A DNA stretch of 30,249 nt, from assembly GCA_032128875.1 (NCBI GenBank), contig JAVLKG010000023.1:1-30249 (forward strand), in the 5' to 3' direction. The notes beneath the pieces are model-generated. The model had not been told where the DNA came from. It was given only the letters and a program-made list of their open reading frames with translations, and searched no databases. The DNA is from Candidatus Melainabacteria bacterium 17Bon1m (lineage in GTDB: Bacteria > Cyanobacteriota > Vampirovibrionia > Obscuribacterales > Obscuribacteraceae). Below, in pieces: positions 1 through 9,558 of this stretch. Position numbers and translations under genes: made by a program. Position 1 is the stretch's first letter, and every line of letters starts with the position of its first letter.

Positions 1-137
1 TCGAAAAGCGAAAATGGCAGAGGTTTTAGCTCGTTCTTTTGAGCAGGACCTGCTACATGGTTTAGTGAAGTCATACCTTAAAGTCAATCGGATAAGCTTG
101 ATAAGCTATTTTTAGCGCCGCTTCTTGAGGTCCCCAA

Positions 138-599
138 TTGGAAAAGCTCACAGAAGAGATTTTGCCGAAGGGCTTTAGCACCGAATTCGACGAGCTTGGA
201 TTGAAGGCGCGTTTTTATCCTGACGGTCAGTTATCCGAGTACGGCTATTACTGGGAAGGCGAGCATCCCGCGTGTGGATGGATTCTTTATCTCGGTCACA
301 AGGACATGCAAGCGCGCGTCGTGCGGCGCAAACGCTACGCGTTTCCGGAGGACGAAGAGGGTCGGTTTGATGCTCAAGATCCTGAAGAGCTGGAGAAAGC
401 CTGGGCTGAGTGGTTGGATGGATGGCTGGACAGCATAATTGAGAAATCTCACAACCCATCTACATGCAGCTTCTGCTACAAGGGACGTGATGAAGTCGCC
501 AAACTAATCGCCGGGCCAGTTGCAATGATTTGCGATCGGTGTGTGGGATTCTGCCAGGATTTGGTGGCTGAAGAAATTCCAAGTGATGGTACCGAATGA
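138..599 (+). CDS. Protein with C-terminal ClpX-type C4 zinc finger and a MORN-variant-like N-terminal segment
   Basis: C-terminal [30 protein letters not shown] matches the ClpX zinc-binding domain pattern (CSFC..KLIAGP..ICDxC); no AAA+ domain; TTG start after GAGG. Confidence 0.85.
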   Translation: MEKLTEEILPKGFSTEFDELGLKARFYPDGQLSEYGYYWEGEHPACGWILYLGHKDMQARVVRRKRYAFPEDEEGRFDAQDPEELEKAWAEWLDGWLDSIIEKSHNPSTCSFCYKGRDEVAKLIAGPVAMICDRCVGFCQDLVAEEIPSDGTE

Positions 600-1033
600 A
601 AAAACTCACCAAAGAAGATCTTCCGAATACCTGGCAATCGGACAAAAAAGACGGTGTTTATGCCGAGTTTGATAAAGTTGGGTTTTTAACCCACTATGGA
701 TTTTATGGTGAAACCAATGACATAGTTGAGCATTTCTCAATATCGATCGACTACGAGAAATGCAGGTCGGTTGTGGAAAAGTATGACGAGAGAAGGTTTC
801 TTGCTTTTGATCCAGCGCTGGATGTTGATGACAAGCTTAGTATTGATGAGGCTTTGAGCGCCTTTGTCAAAAAATGGGTAGCGGTCATCAGCGAAGAGGG
901 TTCGCATTCACCACCTGATTGCTCCTTTTGCGGACGTAGTTCTACCGAGGTGCAAAAACTTGTGGCCGGTCCGCGCAGCTATATTTGCAACGATTGCATT
1001 GAAGTCTGTGCGGACATGGTGAAAAACAGTTGA
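596..1033 (+). CDS. Paralog of 138..599 with C-terminal ClpX-type C4 zinc finger
   Basis: [31 protein letters not shown]-terminus [10 protein letters not shown] aligns with [14 protein letters not shown] overlap with the upstream stop. Confidence 0.85.
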   Translation: MKKLTKEDLPNTWQSDKKDGVYAEFDKVGFLTHYGFYGETNDIVEHFSISIDYEKCRSVVEKYDERRFLAFDPALDVDDKLSIDEALSAFVKKWVAVISEEGSHSPPDCSFCGRSSTEVQKLVAGPRSYICNDCIEVCADMVKNS

Positions 1034-1140
1034 CCGACGAGGACGTTTTTTTGGTTTGCCTTTCTGCATGGGCGTCTTCCAGGCGCTATCCTACTTCTTC
1101 CAGTTGCTACGAGCGCATATAGCAGAAATGTGGAAATGAC

Positions 1141-1179
1141 AAAAAGGGAAGAGTGCATCTTGCAATGCGACTCCTCCCT
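1141..1179 (-). terminator. Intrinsic terminator after the FMN reductase gene
   Basis: Minus strand AGGGAGGAGTCGCAT-TGCAAG-ATGCACTCTTCCCT followed by TTTT, about 15 nt after the stop codon. Confidence 0.65.
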
Positions 1180-1194
1180 CCGTGCCAGGCGTTA

Positions 1195-1725
1195 TTACTT
1201 CTTGTCGGGCAAGCTGGCGCCATTCAGCTTGACGGCTTTATCCACGAGCAGCTGGATGCGGTCGTTGGTGAACGCTTCCACAATCTGCTCGCCTTCGAAT
1301 GCGCCTTTGTCAGCGACAACGAAAGTGGGGATGATGAGGCAGCCGAAGTCCATCATCATGCTGTTGGACAGTCCAAGGAAAGCCATGCGAGCTCCCTTGC
1401 CACCTGCCGCACACATGAAGCCGACCGTCTTGTCTTTGAAGGCATCGCCTGTCAATTCGATCAAGTTCTTCGCCGCCGCACCCACGTCATAGTTGTAGAC
1501 GGGAGCCGCGATGACGATAGTGGTGGCGTTTTGGATCTTCTGCTTGACGCGCTTCGCTGCCCTTGACTGAGCGGTTTTGCCGCCGTCGAAGAGAGGAAGG
1601 CGTGCCTTGCGCAAATCCAGAAGTTCAGCTTTGCCCTTCTGGCTCAGGAGGCGGTGAGCCTCTTTCGCCAGCAGGAAGCTGCGACTTTCTGGATTCAAAC
1701 TGGTGCTAATCACGAGATATGACAT
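1195..1725 (-). CDS. NADPH-dependent FMN reductase (SsuE/ArsH-like flavodoxin fold)
   Basis: ISTSLNPESRS FMN-binding loop; APVYNYDVGAAAKNLIE (PxYN motif); AAGG loop. Start placed at ATG 1725 because GGAG precedes it (alternative start 1737). Confidence 0.88.
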   Translation of the reverse strand: MSYLVISTSLNPESRSFLLAKEAHRLLSQKGKAELLDLRKARLPLFDGGKTAQSRAAKRVKQKIQNATTIVIAAPVYNYDVGAAAKNLIELTGDAFKDKTVGFMCAAGGKGARMAFLGLSNSMMMDFGCLIIPTFVVADKGAFEGEQIVEAFTNDRIQLLVDKAVKLNGASLPDKK

Positions 1726-1842
1726 TTTTGTCTCCATATTCGGCGAAACACCGAGTGCAAGCTGTTTTCACAACCTGCACCCGGTGCTGCCGGCAAATCG
1801 CAGCTTGCACGCGCCGGAGGATTTCCAGACGCGTGCTGCCGC

Positions 1843-2277
1843 TTACTTCTTGATGGCGTCCTTGATGAACGCCTTGAGCGCCGCCTCGGGCATGAATCCC
1901 GAGTGCAACTTCAGGGCACCGTTGGCGGTGCCGGGAATGTAGACGCCCGTGGTGGGGATACCGCGGAAACCGTAGCGGCTCTTGATCGCCTTGTCGTTGT
2001 CGGTGTTGATCTTGACGAACTTCACCGCCGGCGACATTTCCTTGGCGACCTTCTCATACACCGGCGCCTGCTTCTCGCAGTACGAGCACCAGGGCGCGGA
2101 GAAGAGAACGACCACAGGAACGGTCGACTTCAGAACTTCCGAATCGTACGTGGCTTCGCCAGTGACGACGATGACCGAGCTCTTGCCGGTGGCGGCAGGC
2201 TTGGCCGAGCCCGTTTCAGCGGGCTTCTTGTTTCCGTTGATGGCATCCATGATTTTTCTGATGAGCTCCTTAAACAT
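1843..2277 (-). CDS. Thioredoxin-family protein (WCSYC active site) with N-terminal extension
   Basis: VVVLFSAPWCSYC, FVKINTD, GIPT cis-Pro loop; AAGGAG precedes ATG at 2277. Confidence 0.85.
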   Translation of the reverse strand: MFKELIRKIMDAINGNKKPAETGSAKPAATGKSSVIVVTGEATYDSEVLKSTVPVVVLFSAPWCSYCEKQAPVYEKVAKEMSPAVKFVKINTDNDKAIKSRYGFRGIPTTGVYIPGTANGALKLHSGFMPEAALKAFIKDAIKK

Positions 2278-2379
2278 AGGTGGACTCCTTTGGAATCGTA
2301 GAGTTAGAGAGAGCAGCTGAGTGCTCTCTGACAGGAAGGAAGGAGGGAAGCGCGACAATCGCGCTCCCCTAAGATGGGC

Positions 2380-4098
2380 TTAGAGGCCGGCGAACTTGTC
2401 GGTCGCGGCAACGAGCGCGGCGGTGATGCCGGGCTCATGCGCCGAGTGACCGGCGTCCGCAATCAAGTTGAACTCCGCCTCCGGGAATGCGCGGTGCAGA
2501 TCCCAGGCGCTGGTCATCGGGCAGACCACGTCGTAGCGGCCCTGCACGATGACAGTCGGGATGTGCCGAATCTTCTCCACGTCGTCCAGCAGCTGCGAGT
2601 CATTGAGCATGAACCCGCGGTTGATGAAGTAGTGGCACTCGATGCGCGCGAATGCTTCAGCGAAAGTGGCGTCGCCAAAGCGGTTGAGCAGGTTGAGGTC
2701 CGGGAAGAGCTTGCTCGTCGAACCTTCCCAGATTGACCAGGCGCGGGCGGCAGCCACACGCACTTCCGGGTCTTCACTGGTGAGACGCTTGTAGTAAGCG
2801 CCGACCATGTCGTCGCGCTCGTCTTCCGGGATGTGGTCGAAGTAGGGCTCCCAGGCATCCGGGTAGATGTAGGAAGCACCCTCCTGGTAGAACCAGTCGA
2901 TTTCCTTCTTGCGCACGAGGAAAATCCCGCGCAAGACGAGCTCGCTGACATGCTCCGGATGCGTCTCGGCGTAGGCAAGCGCCAGGGTGGAACCCCAGCT
3001 GCCGCCAAACACGAGCCACTTTTCGATGCCGAAGTGCTTGCGCAGCTTCTCCATGTCCTCGACGAGATCCCAGGTTGTATTGTCCTCGAGCGAAGCGTAC
3101 GGGCGGCTCTTACCGCAACCGCGCTGGTCGAAGAGAATGATCCGGTACTTCTCGGGATTGAAGAACTGGCGATAGTTCGGCGATGTGCCGCCGCCCGGGC
3201 CGCCGTGGACGAAGACCACAGGCTTGCCTTCGGGATTGCCGCTCTCCTCGAAATAAATTTCGTGGACGTCGGACACCTTGAGGTGCCCTGTGCAGAACGG
3301 CTCCACCGGCGGGTAGAGCGCAGTTTTCTTTTCGTTGCTGGACATCTTTGCTCCAGTCGTTTTTGTTTTCTCCGCCGACGCCTTGGGCGCGACGAAGTAG
3401 AGTTTGTCGAGAACCATCGAGTCGAAAGGCTTGGCGCCTTCGGCGGTCCGGTAGGAGATGACGCCGCAGTTGGGCACGCCAATCTCGTCATCCAGACGCA
3501 ACAGTTCATCGACCGAGAGCTCTTCCTCCATCAAGCGCCAGCACTGCACCACCACCTGGTGGGCGAAGATGGCGACGCGCTTGCCGGGGAAACGAGCACG
3601 AATGTCTTCTCGCACTGAACGCAGGCGGAAGAGCACGTCCACCCAGGCTTCACCGCCGGGCGGCTGGCAGTAGAACTTACCTTCCAGCTTGAAGCGTTTG
3701 GCTTCCGCCGGATGGTGCTTCTTGATGCCGGTTTTGGTGAGATTGTCGAGAATGCCGTAGCCCTTTTCGCGCAGGCGTTCGTCGACGATGAAGATGAGCT
3801 TGCTCTTGTCGAAACCAGCGGCTTCGACGCAGTCGTCGCGCGTTTCCATCGCTCGCAGGAAAGGCGACGCGATGATTACTTCGGGGCGTTCGTTCTCGGG
3901 AAGGCTGGCAAACCAGCGACCCAGATCGGACGCCTGTTCGTGGCCCAGTGGCGCGAGCGGCACCTTGGCGTTGGCGATATCGATATCGAGCTTGTCCGAT
4001 AGGGAGCCTTTGGCTTCCTCGTGGGCGACGTTAGACAAGCTCAGACCGTGTCTGATCAGCCACAGAATGCTGGGGCCGTATGGTTGAGACGTCATCAT
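2380..4098 (-). CDS. pip: Histidine phosphatase (phosphoglycerate mutase family) fused in frame to proline iminopeptidase
   Basis: N-half: LIRHG, SPFLRAMET, LRE, GGE, FAHQ. C-half: LYPPVEPF, VHGGPGGG, DQRGCG, GGSWGS nucleophile, QGRYD, AGHS. AGGAG RBS before ATG 4098. Confidence 0.9.
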   Translation of the reverse strand: MMTSQPYGPSILWLIRHGLSLSNVAHEEAKGSLSDKLDIDIANAKVPLAPLGHEQASDLGRWFASLPENERPEVIIASPFLRAMETRDDCVEAAGFDKSKLIFIVDERLREKGYGILDNLTKTGIKKHHPAEAKRFKLEGKFYCQPPGGEAWVDVLFRLRSVREDIRARFPGKRVAIFAHQVVVQCWRLMEEELSVDELLRLDDEIGVPNCGVISYRTAEGAKPFDSMVLDKLYFVAPKASAEKTKTTGAKMSSNEKKTALYPPVEPFCTGHLKVSDVHEIYFEESGNPEGKPVVFVHGGPGGGTSPNYRQFFNPEKYRIILFDQRGCGKSRPYASLEDNTTWDLVEDMEKLRKHFGIEKWLVFGGSWGSTLALAYAETHPEHVSELVLRGIFLVRKKEIDWFYQEGASYIYPDAWEPYFDHIPEDERDDMVGAYYKRLTSEDPEVRVAAARAWSIWEGSTSKLFPDLNLLNRFGDATFAEAFARIECHYFINRGFMLNDSQLLDDVEKIRHIPTVIVQGRYDVVCPMTSAWDLHRAFPEAEFNLIADAGHSAHEPGITAALVAATDKFAGL

Positions 4099-4472
4099 TT
4101 TGAGTTCTCCTGGCGAGCACGCGAAAGCGGCTCACTTGCTACAGCGCAGGTGCGCGATACAGAAGCCCAAACAGGACCGGAGAGGTCGTTTCACAATGCC
4201 CGTGCGGATTTGCCTCTTCAGGTGAAGAAGTAAAAACTCAAAAAGTCGCGGGAATTGGCTTGTTCGGAGGTTCCAGTTCGATAAGGGGTAGGTAATACAA
4301 TCGAGATAGAAGCATCACCGATCCCTCTTCTTGAAAGCTAGGAATGAAACAGGCTCAAGAGCTTTGAAAACGCTAAAGAAGCCCAAGAAATCAAGATTTC
4401 TAAGTCTTATAGGTTGTCAGAGCTAAATTATCTTGACTACGTAAAGAAAGCTCTAGGCTTTTAACTTATCTA

Positions 4473-4500
4473 TTGCAATGTTGTCAAGAATAAGTATAAT
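4473..4500 (+). promoter_or_regulatory. Candidate sigma70-type promoter for 4578..5789
   Basis: TTGCAA-N16-TATAAT in an AT-rich divergent intergenic region, about 77 nt before the ATG. Confidence 0.5.
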
Positions 4501-4577
4501 GCCGAAAGCGTTTCGCGTATTGTTCAAAACCTGCTTGCACCGAATATGGTGGCACGCGGGTATCTCATGAGATTCCG

Positions 4578-5789
4578 ATGAATTCAATTCCCAAGTGCAA
4601 GACAGCTTTGAAAGCCGCAGTCCTTCTCGCGTTTTCACTGTTGATGCCGGCCGCAAATGCGGCTAACGGACTGGATGATGACACGCTTGCTCTGATTACA
4701 AAGCTTTCTACAAATCCGCAACTGCTTGATGAAACATACCTTTCCACTGTCCTGGGTAAGCCAACATCGGTTGCCGGTCAGCCTGGAGCGCCATCCAACA
4801 AATATTGGTACAAGCAGGGCTGCAAGGGTCCTAAGTACGAACTGACCAACTACGATGAAGCTGATGGAAAGCACACCAAGACGTTTCTCATCAACGACGC
4901 CTCGCGCGAACTGGATTTCGAAGATGTAGAGCAGCTTTTCGGGAAGAACCCCCTGCGCCGTTTTGATCAGCAAGCGCGGCCGATGGCTATTTATTCTTTC
5001 ACTCCTAACACCTCGCTAATTTTCACAAAGCCGCAGAATACCTTCCGCGTCGAGAAGATTTCCGTCAATTATTCCGGTCCGCCTTTGCCACCACCTTCGG
5101 TGTTCGATGTGCAAGCTGCCTCCGATGTGCGTAAGCAGCAAATTCTCGACATGCATCAGAAAGGTCAGCACTGGCAATCACTTCCCAGCCTTGTGCAGCA
5201 TGTGAAAGAAAATCCTGGCGATGCTGAAATGCACTATCATCTTGCTCGCGCATATAAGCAGTCCTGTTTCATAAACCAGGCGGTAGCCGAATATTCCAAT
5301 GCGCTCTATCTGTGCCAGCCAGGAACTCAAGAAAATCAAGAATTGGCTCAAAGATGCATGGACGGGCTTGCGGAGCTGAAAATGCATCCACTTTCTCCGG
5401 AGCAGCTGCAGCAATATCACAATTATGCGATGTTCCAAAACGAACAGCGTATGAAGGAAGGGCGAGAAATCGCCAGCAAGTTTCCGGGTATCAAGCACCC
5501 CAAAGTCGGTCCGTATGACGCGATAGCACCCCTGGACCCACCTGCAACTCACTTCGTGCCCGGTACCTTAATTCCGAAAGCCTCGTTGCCTGACGGCGGT
5601 TTGATGCCGCAAACAGCTCCCGCTTTCCGGCAGGTTGAGCTGCGACCCAACACAGGAATGCTCAAATTAGAGGACGTAGTGTCCCCAGGCAAAGGCGCAT
5701 CGGCAATTACTGCGAAGTCTACTACTATGTATTCTTCTGGTCCCAGCTCGGCAGGTGTTACGCTATTGCCGAACGGTGAGCCCTTCTAG
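4578..5789 (+). CDS. Secreted hypothetical protein with a TPR-like region and Pro-rich tail
   Basis: Signal peptide (KTALKAAVLLAFSLLMPAANA); TPR-like NPGDAEMHYHLARAYKQSCFINQAVAEYSNAL; 403-aa open frame. Confidence 0.75.
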   Translation: MNSIPKCKTALKAAVLLAFSLLMPAANAANGLDDDTLALITKLSTNPQLLDETYLSTVLGKPTSVAGQPGAPSNKYWYKQGCKGPKYELTNYDEADGKHTKTFLINDASRELDFEDVEQLFGKNPLRRFDQQARPMAIYSFTPNTSLIFTKPQNTFRVEKISVNYSGPPLPPPSVFDVQAASDVRKQQILDMHQKGQHWQSLPSLVQHVKENPGDAEMHYHLARAYKQSCFINQAVAEYSNALYLCQPGTQENQELAQRCMDGLAELKMHPLSPEQLQQYHNYAMFQNEQRMKEGREIASKFPGIKHPKVGPYDAIAPLDPPATHFVPGTLIPKASLPDGGLMPQTAPAFRQVELRPNTGMLKLEDVVSPGKGASAITAKSTTMYSSGPSSAGVTLLPNGEPF

Positions 5790-5801
5790 GAATTTTTTTT
5801 G

Positions 5802-6221
5802 ATGTCGACTCCGGAAACGCGGACTCTTGATCCGGCGCTCTGCAGACAGCTGGTCGCCTCTGCAAAAGAGGCCGCCGAAAAAGCTTACGCTCCGTATTCT
5901 AATTTCCTTGTCGGAGCTGCCTTGCTGACCGCCGACGGTCAGGTCTATACAGGCTGCAACGTTGAAAATCGGGTTCATGGTGGTTCTATCTGCGCCGAGA
6001 GGACTGCCATCGTTAAGGCTATTTCGGACGGACACAGAAGCTTTCAAGCGATAGCAGTTTTCTGCAAAGCGGGCGAGGGTTGGCCTTGCGGGGTTTGCCG
6101 TCAGTTTATCTCGGAATTTGGTCCGGAAATCATCGTAATAGTAGAATCCGAAGGCGGAAATTTAATCTGCCATCCTATGTCCCACTTGCTGCCAGAGATG
6201 CCCGCCAGCGCGACTGTCTAA
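5802..6221 (+). CDS. cdd: Cytidine deaminase (homotetrameric type)
   Basis: AYAPYSNFLVGAA, GCNVEN, ICAERTAI and PCGVCRQ zinc/catalytic motifs. Confidence 0.93.
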   Translation: MSTPETRTLDPALCRQLVASAKEAAEKAYAPYSNFLVGAALLTADGQVYTGCNVENRVHGGSICAERTAIVKAISDGHRSFQAIAVFCKAGEGWPCGVCRQFISEFGPEIIVIVESEGGNLICHPMSHLLPEMPASATV

Positions 6222-6233
6222 GATAAAATGTGC

Positions 6234-6261
6234 TTGACAATCCATTGCAAAATGGTCTAAT
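6234..6261 (+). promoter_or_regulatory. Candidate sigma70-type promoter for 6318..6752
   Basis: TTGACA-N16-TCTAAT with an extended -10 TG (TGgTCTAAT). Confidence 0.5.
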
Positions 6262-6317
6262 TGATAAACCGGCGAGGTCTATCTCGCACATTTACTACAA
6301 ACATCCAAGGCGTTTTT

Positions 6318-6752
6318 ATGGCTCACGGCAACAACGTATTTGAATCTTTTCCTTTAGATGCGCCGCTCAGAACGAGCGATGCCGGAATGCAAAAGATGAG
6401 TTCCGAAACCCACTTGAGCGTTTTGGACGATTTGCATGACGCTCACAAAAACTTAGTGCCATCCTTCGCGCACGCAATGCCCGGGATGAGAGAGTCCTTT
6501 GAGAACGCACAAAAGCATCTTCCTGAAATCGGTTTTGGAGCCTCTGATGCAGCCAGCCTGATGGCTCTCTCCAATGCTGGTCAGCGTGGTGGAGACAATC
6601 GGGACGTCATCAATAAATTCCTTAATGGCGGACACACCGAAGAGGTAGCCAGCAAGGTTGATAAGTCCTTCGAGGATTTCGTCAGCGGCGCTTCGACTGT
6701 AGCTGCTAACAATCTTGATAAGTCCAAATTCAGACAATTCGGTCAAGCTTAG
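6318..6752 (+). CDS. Hypothetical protein
   Basis: Open frame filling the gap between cdd and the TPR gene; ATG at 6318 after AAGG; upstream promoter candidate; no recognised motif. Confidence 0.65.
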   Translation: MAHGNNVFESFPLDAPLRTSDAGMQKMSSETHLSVLDDLHDAHKNLVPSFAHAMPGMRESFENAQKHLPEIGFGASDAASLMALSNAGQRGGDNRDVINKFLNGGHTEEVASKVDKSFEDFVSGASTVAANNLDKSKFRQFGQA

Positions 6753-6799
6753 TTTATTTGCCAATTTCAAGACGCATTTCTGGCAGAATGTCTGATTAG

Positions 6800-8356
6800 A
6801 TGCGCATTCGTTCTGTAACTATCGCTGCATTGGTGACTTTGCTGTCGGCTTCGTTGGGGCTGGCGGCGGATAGTACTGCACCGATAAGCAATCCAAATTT
6901 CGCAAGCTCCCTTGCAGAAGGTGTGTCTTTCCTGCACCGGCATCGCTTCAATGAGGCATTGGCGAAATTTGAAGAAGCTTTGGCCATAAAGCCGAAATCC
7001 GCACATGCCATGAGCCTCAAAGCCAGAACCTTGCGAAATCTCAATCGTACTGACGAAGCAATGGCTGCCGTTAAAAAGGCGATGGCGAGCGAGCCGAAGT
7101 CTGTTCAGCCATATTTGGCTCTGGCAAGTTTCAGCATGAAAGACAAAAACATAGCCAAAGCAAAAGAGTATCTTACTCAAGCAGAGCGAATCGAGCCGCA
7201 TAATGCCGAGGTCGCCGGGCTAATGTCCTCTTGCTTGGTCTTGGAGAAAAACTATAAAGGTGCTCTGATTTATGCGAATGAGGCTGTGAAAAGGCAGCCT
7301 GACGCATTAAGATTCGCGCAAAGAGCCGCAATTTATCGAATGTTGGGCGATCGTGCCAAAGAGCTGAAAGATTACGATAAAGCGGTTGCGCTCGAACCGA
7401 AGAGTCCAAATTTTGCCACCGAACGCGCCACCACTTTATTTTATGTTGCTAAATACCAACAAGCGATGAATGAAGTCAACAGGGCGCTTTCGCTCGATGT
7501 TAAATTCGCTCCTGCGTACTATATTCGCGGCAACATAAATTGGATTCTAAAGCGAGGACAGAGTGCTTTTTCCGATTTGAATAGAGCGCTTTCCATGGAG
7601 GAGAATGGCAGTTGGTATCATTTTAGAGGTTCAATGTATGAGGTCAACCGTGACTATAGAGCAGCTCTCAATGACCAGCTCAAAGCCGATAAACTGTTGC
7701 CCGATCAGCCACACATCAAGTATTCAATCAGTCGCTTGTATCAAGATTTGCTCGAGCCGAAACAAGCACTTCGTTATATCAACGAGGCGATTAAGCTAGA
7801 TTCGAAAAATTCGGAGTATTACGATCATCGCTCTGCAATCTATCGAACCATGATGGAATACGAGTTGGCGACTCGTGACGACAGCAGGTCTATCGAGTTC
7901 TCGAAAAAACCTCCTATAAATGCTCTGATCAATCGAATTCGCTACAACCGATTCAACAAAAAATTTGATCTTGCCCTCAAAGACCAAAACCGCATCATTA
8001 GCTATTTTCCGAACCGCGTCGGACTAAAAGAAGGACGCGCTCTTATCTATTTGGAGCGAGCTGATTTCACGCACAATCTAGCGGACTACCAACACGCCAA
8101 AGAAGACTTGGACGCAGTGATAACCAAGTTTCCTAATGACCATAATTATGAATTCCGTGCCAAGGCGAATTTGAAGCTCGGCAATTTGAAAGCCGCGCTT
8201 GCCGACATCAATCAGGCGATTGTAAAACAGCCTGGAATGAGCAGCTATTATCAATTGAGAGCTGATATTCACAAGTCCATGGGTAAGCCGGATGAAGCAC
8301 GCAAAGACCTGTCCGCAGCGAAAGCTGCAGATGATGCTGCGATGCCGCCGCATTAA
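6800..8356 (+). CDS. Secreted tetratricopeptide repeat protein
   Basis: Signal peptide, then many roughly 34-aa TPR units (EALAKFEEALAIKP, DYDKAVALEP, AYYIRG, ALADINQAI). Confidence 0.9.
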   Translation: MRIRSVTIAALVTLLSASLGLAADSTAPISNPNFASSLAEGVSFLHRHRFNEALAKFEEALAIKPKSAHAMSLKARTLRNLNRTDEAMAAVKKAMASEPKSVQPYLALASFSMKDKNIAKAKEYLTQAERIEPHNAEVAGLMSSCLVLEKNYKGALIYANEAVKRQPDALRFAQRAAIYRMLGDRAKELKDYDKAVALEPKSPNFATERATTLFYVAKYQQAMNEVNRALSLDVKFAPAYYIRGNINWILKRGQSAFSDLNRALSMEENGSWYHFRGSMYEVNRDYRAALNDQLKADKLLPDQPHIKYSISRLYQDLLEPKQALRYINEAIKLDSKNSEYYDHRSAIYRTMMEYELATRDDSRSIEFSKKPPINALINRIRYNRFNKKFDLALKDQNRIISYFPNRVGLKEGRALIYLERADFTHNLADYQHAKEDLDAVITKFPNDHNYEFRAKANLKLGNLKAALADINQAIVKQPGMSSYYQLRADIHKSMGKPDEARKDLSAAKAADDAAMPPH

Positions 8357-8376
8357 TGAGAAGCGCAACAGCTCCG

Positions 8377-9540
8377 CTACTGTTTCAAAAGCTTATCAAC
8401 GCACGGTTTTAGCATGTCGGCGAGGAATTCATGACCTTTGCGCGAGAAGTGATACTCGATGATCAAGTCTCGTTTGCGTTTGTGTTGGATAAACGGCTTG
8501 GAGAGATCTAGGTACTCAAAACCATCTTCATTAGCCATTTTGCTGAAGAGCGCTTGCTGGCGTTTTAGATCTGCATAAGGAACTGTGTTGGGAAACATCA
8601 TCAAAATGAGGTGCCCACCATTTGCCTTAACATCATTGTTTAACCGCTCCAGCAGCTTGCAGCCGACAGCCTCGATGTTTTGAGGTGGGTAGGCGGCGGG
8701 AGCGACAGTGTGTTTGTTTTGCCTTGTGAACCAGTGTTTTAGTTTTACGAAGCGCTTGTCGCTAATTGATAGGGAGAAAATAGTTTGGTTGATGACGCCA
8801 TAAATGCGGCTGTTTCGGCGCAGCCAATCGAGAACGGGGCTTGGTTTTAACTCGCCTGCGTGCGCTTCCAAAATCGAGTTGTCCAGCTTCAATTCGCCTT
8901 CCGGCGTTAGGTAGCAATAAGGTTTTGGCTCTGCAAGCGAGCGCATAGAATTGTCGATTACGCTTTCCGCTGCGTCTCTGTGGTTGTAGAAAAGCACGAC
9001 TATATCCGGGGCGAACTTCCCAGTCTGTGTCTCGTATTGCAAAACTTCTTGCAATTGCGAGTAACCTGCACATCCGAAATTGAGGACCTCGAAGCGCTGT
9101 TTGGAGCCTTTCGCTGCGGCTTCTGCATTGAGCTTGTTTTGCAGCACTATCGTAAATGTGTCTCCGAGCGCCACTTGCATCCCTTCGGCAGCGGAATCGC
9201 CGAGCACTGCAATTCTTGTCGTGTTTGCAGGTTTTGTTAAAGAACGCTTGTAGTCTCGCATTCCGAATGAATTGAAACTGTCGCGCGAAAGGCCTTCCAT
9301 CCGCCAGGTCACTTGTTTTGATGGAATATGGCGCGCTCCAAGAACTTGATCCGGTTCTAAGAATTCTTGCTGCCCAATTCCTGCAAAGTTGAAAAACGAC
9401 TCTAGCAGTGTGATCGCAACGGTTGCAGCGACAACCGTTTCGCCGATCGCGCGTAACACTGATTTTTTCTTGCCGGGCAAAAGCTTCTTGCTCTGCGGCA
9501 AGGCTTGCTTTCTTTCGGCTCGGTTCAGTGTTTGCGTCAT
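8377..9540 (-). CDS. Membrane-anchored SGNH/GDSL-family protein (AlgJ/AlgX/PatB-like O-acyltransferase partner)
   Basis: N-terminal TM segment; IAVLGDS (block I), LNFGCAGY (block II), YHFSRKGH (block V); directly downstream of the MBOAT gene. Confidence 0.82.
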   Translation of the reverse strand: MTQTLNRAERKQALPQSKKLLPGKKKSVLRAIGETVVAATVAITLLESFFNFAGIGQQEFLEPDQVLGARHIPSKQVTWRMEGLSRDSFNSFGMRDYKRSLTKPANTTRIAVLGDSAAEGMQVALGDTFTIVLQNKLNAEAAAKGSKQRFEVLNFGCAGYSQLQEVLQYETQTGKFAPDIVVLFYNHRDAAESVIDNSMRSLAEPKPYCYLTPEGELKLDNSILEAHAGELKPSPVLDWLRRNSRIYGVINQTIFSLSISDKRFVKLKHWFTRQNKHTVAPAAYPPQNIEAVGCKLLERLNNDVKANGGHLILMMFPNTVPYADLKRQQALFSKMANEDGFEYLDLSKPFIQHKRKRDLIIEYHFSRKGHEFLADMLKPCVDKLLKQ

Positions 9541-9558
9541 CTATGTTTGCTTGGTGTT

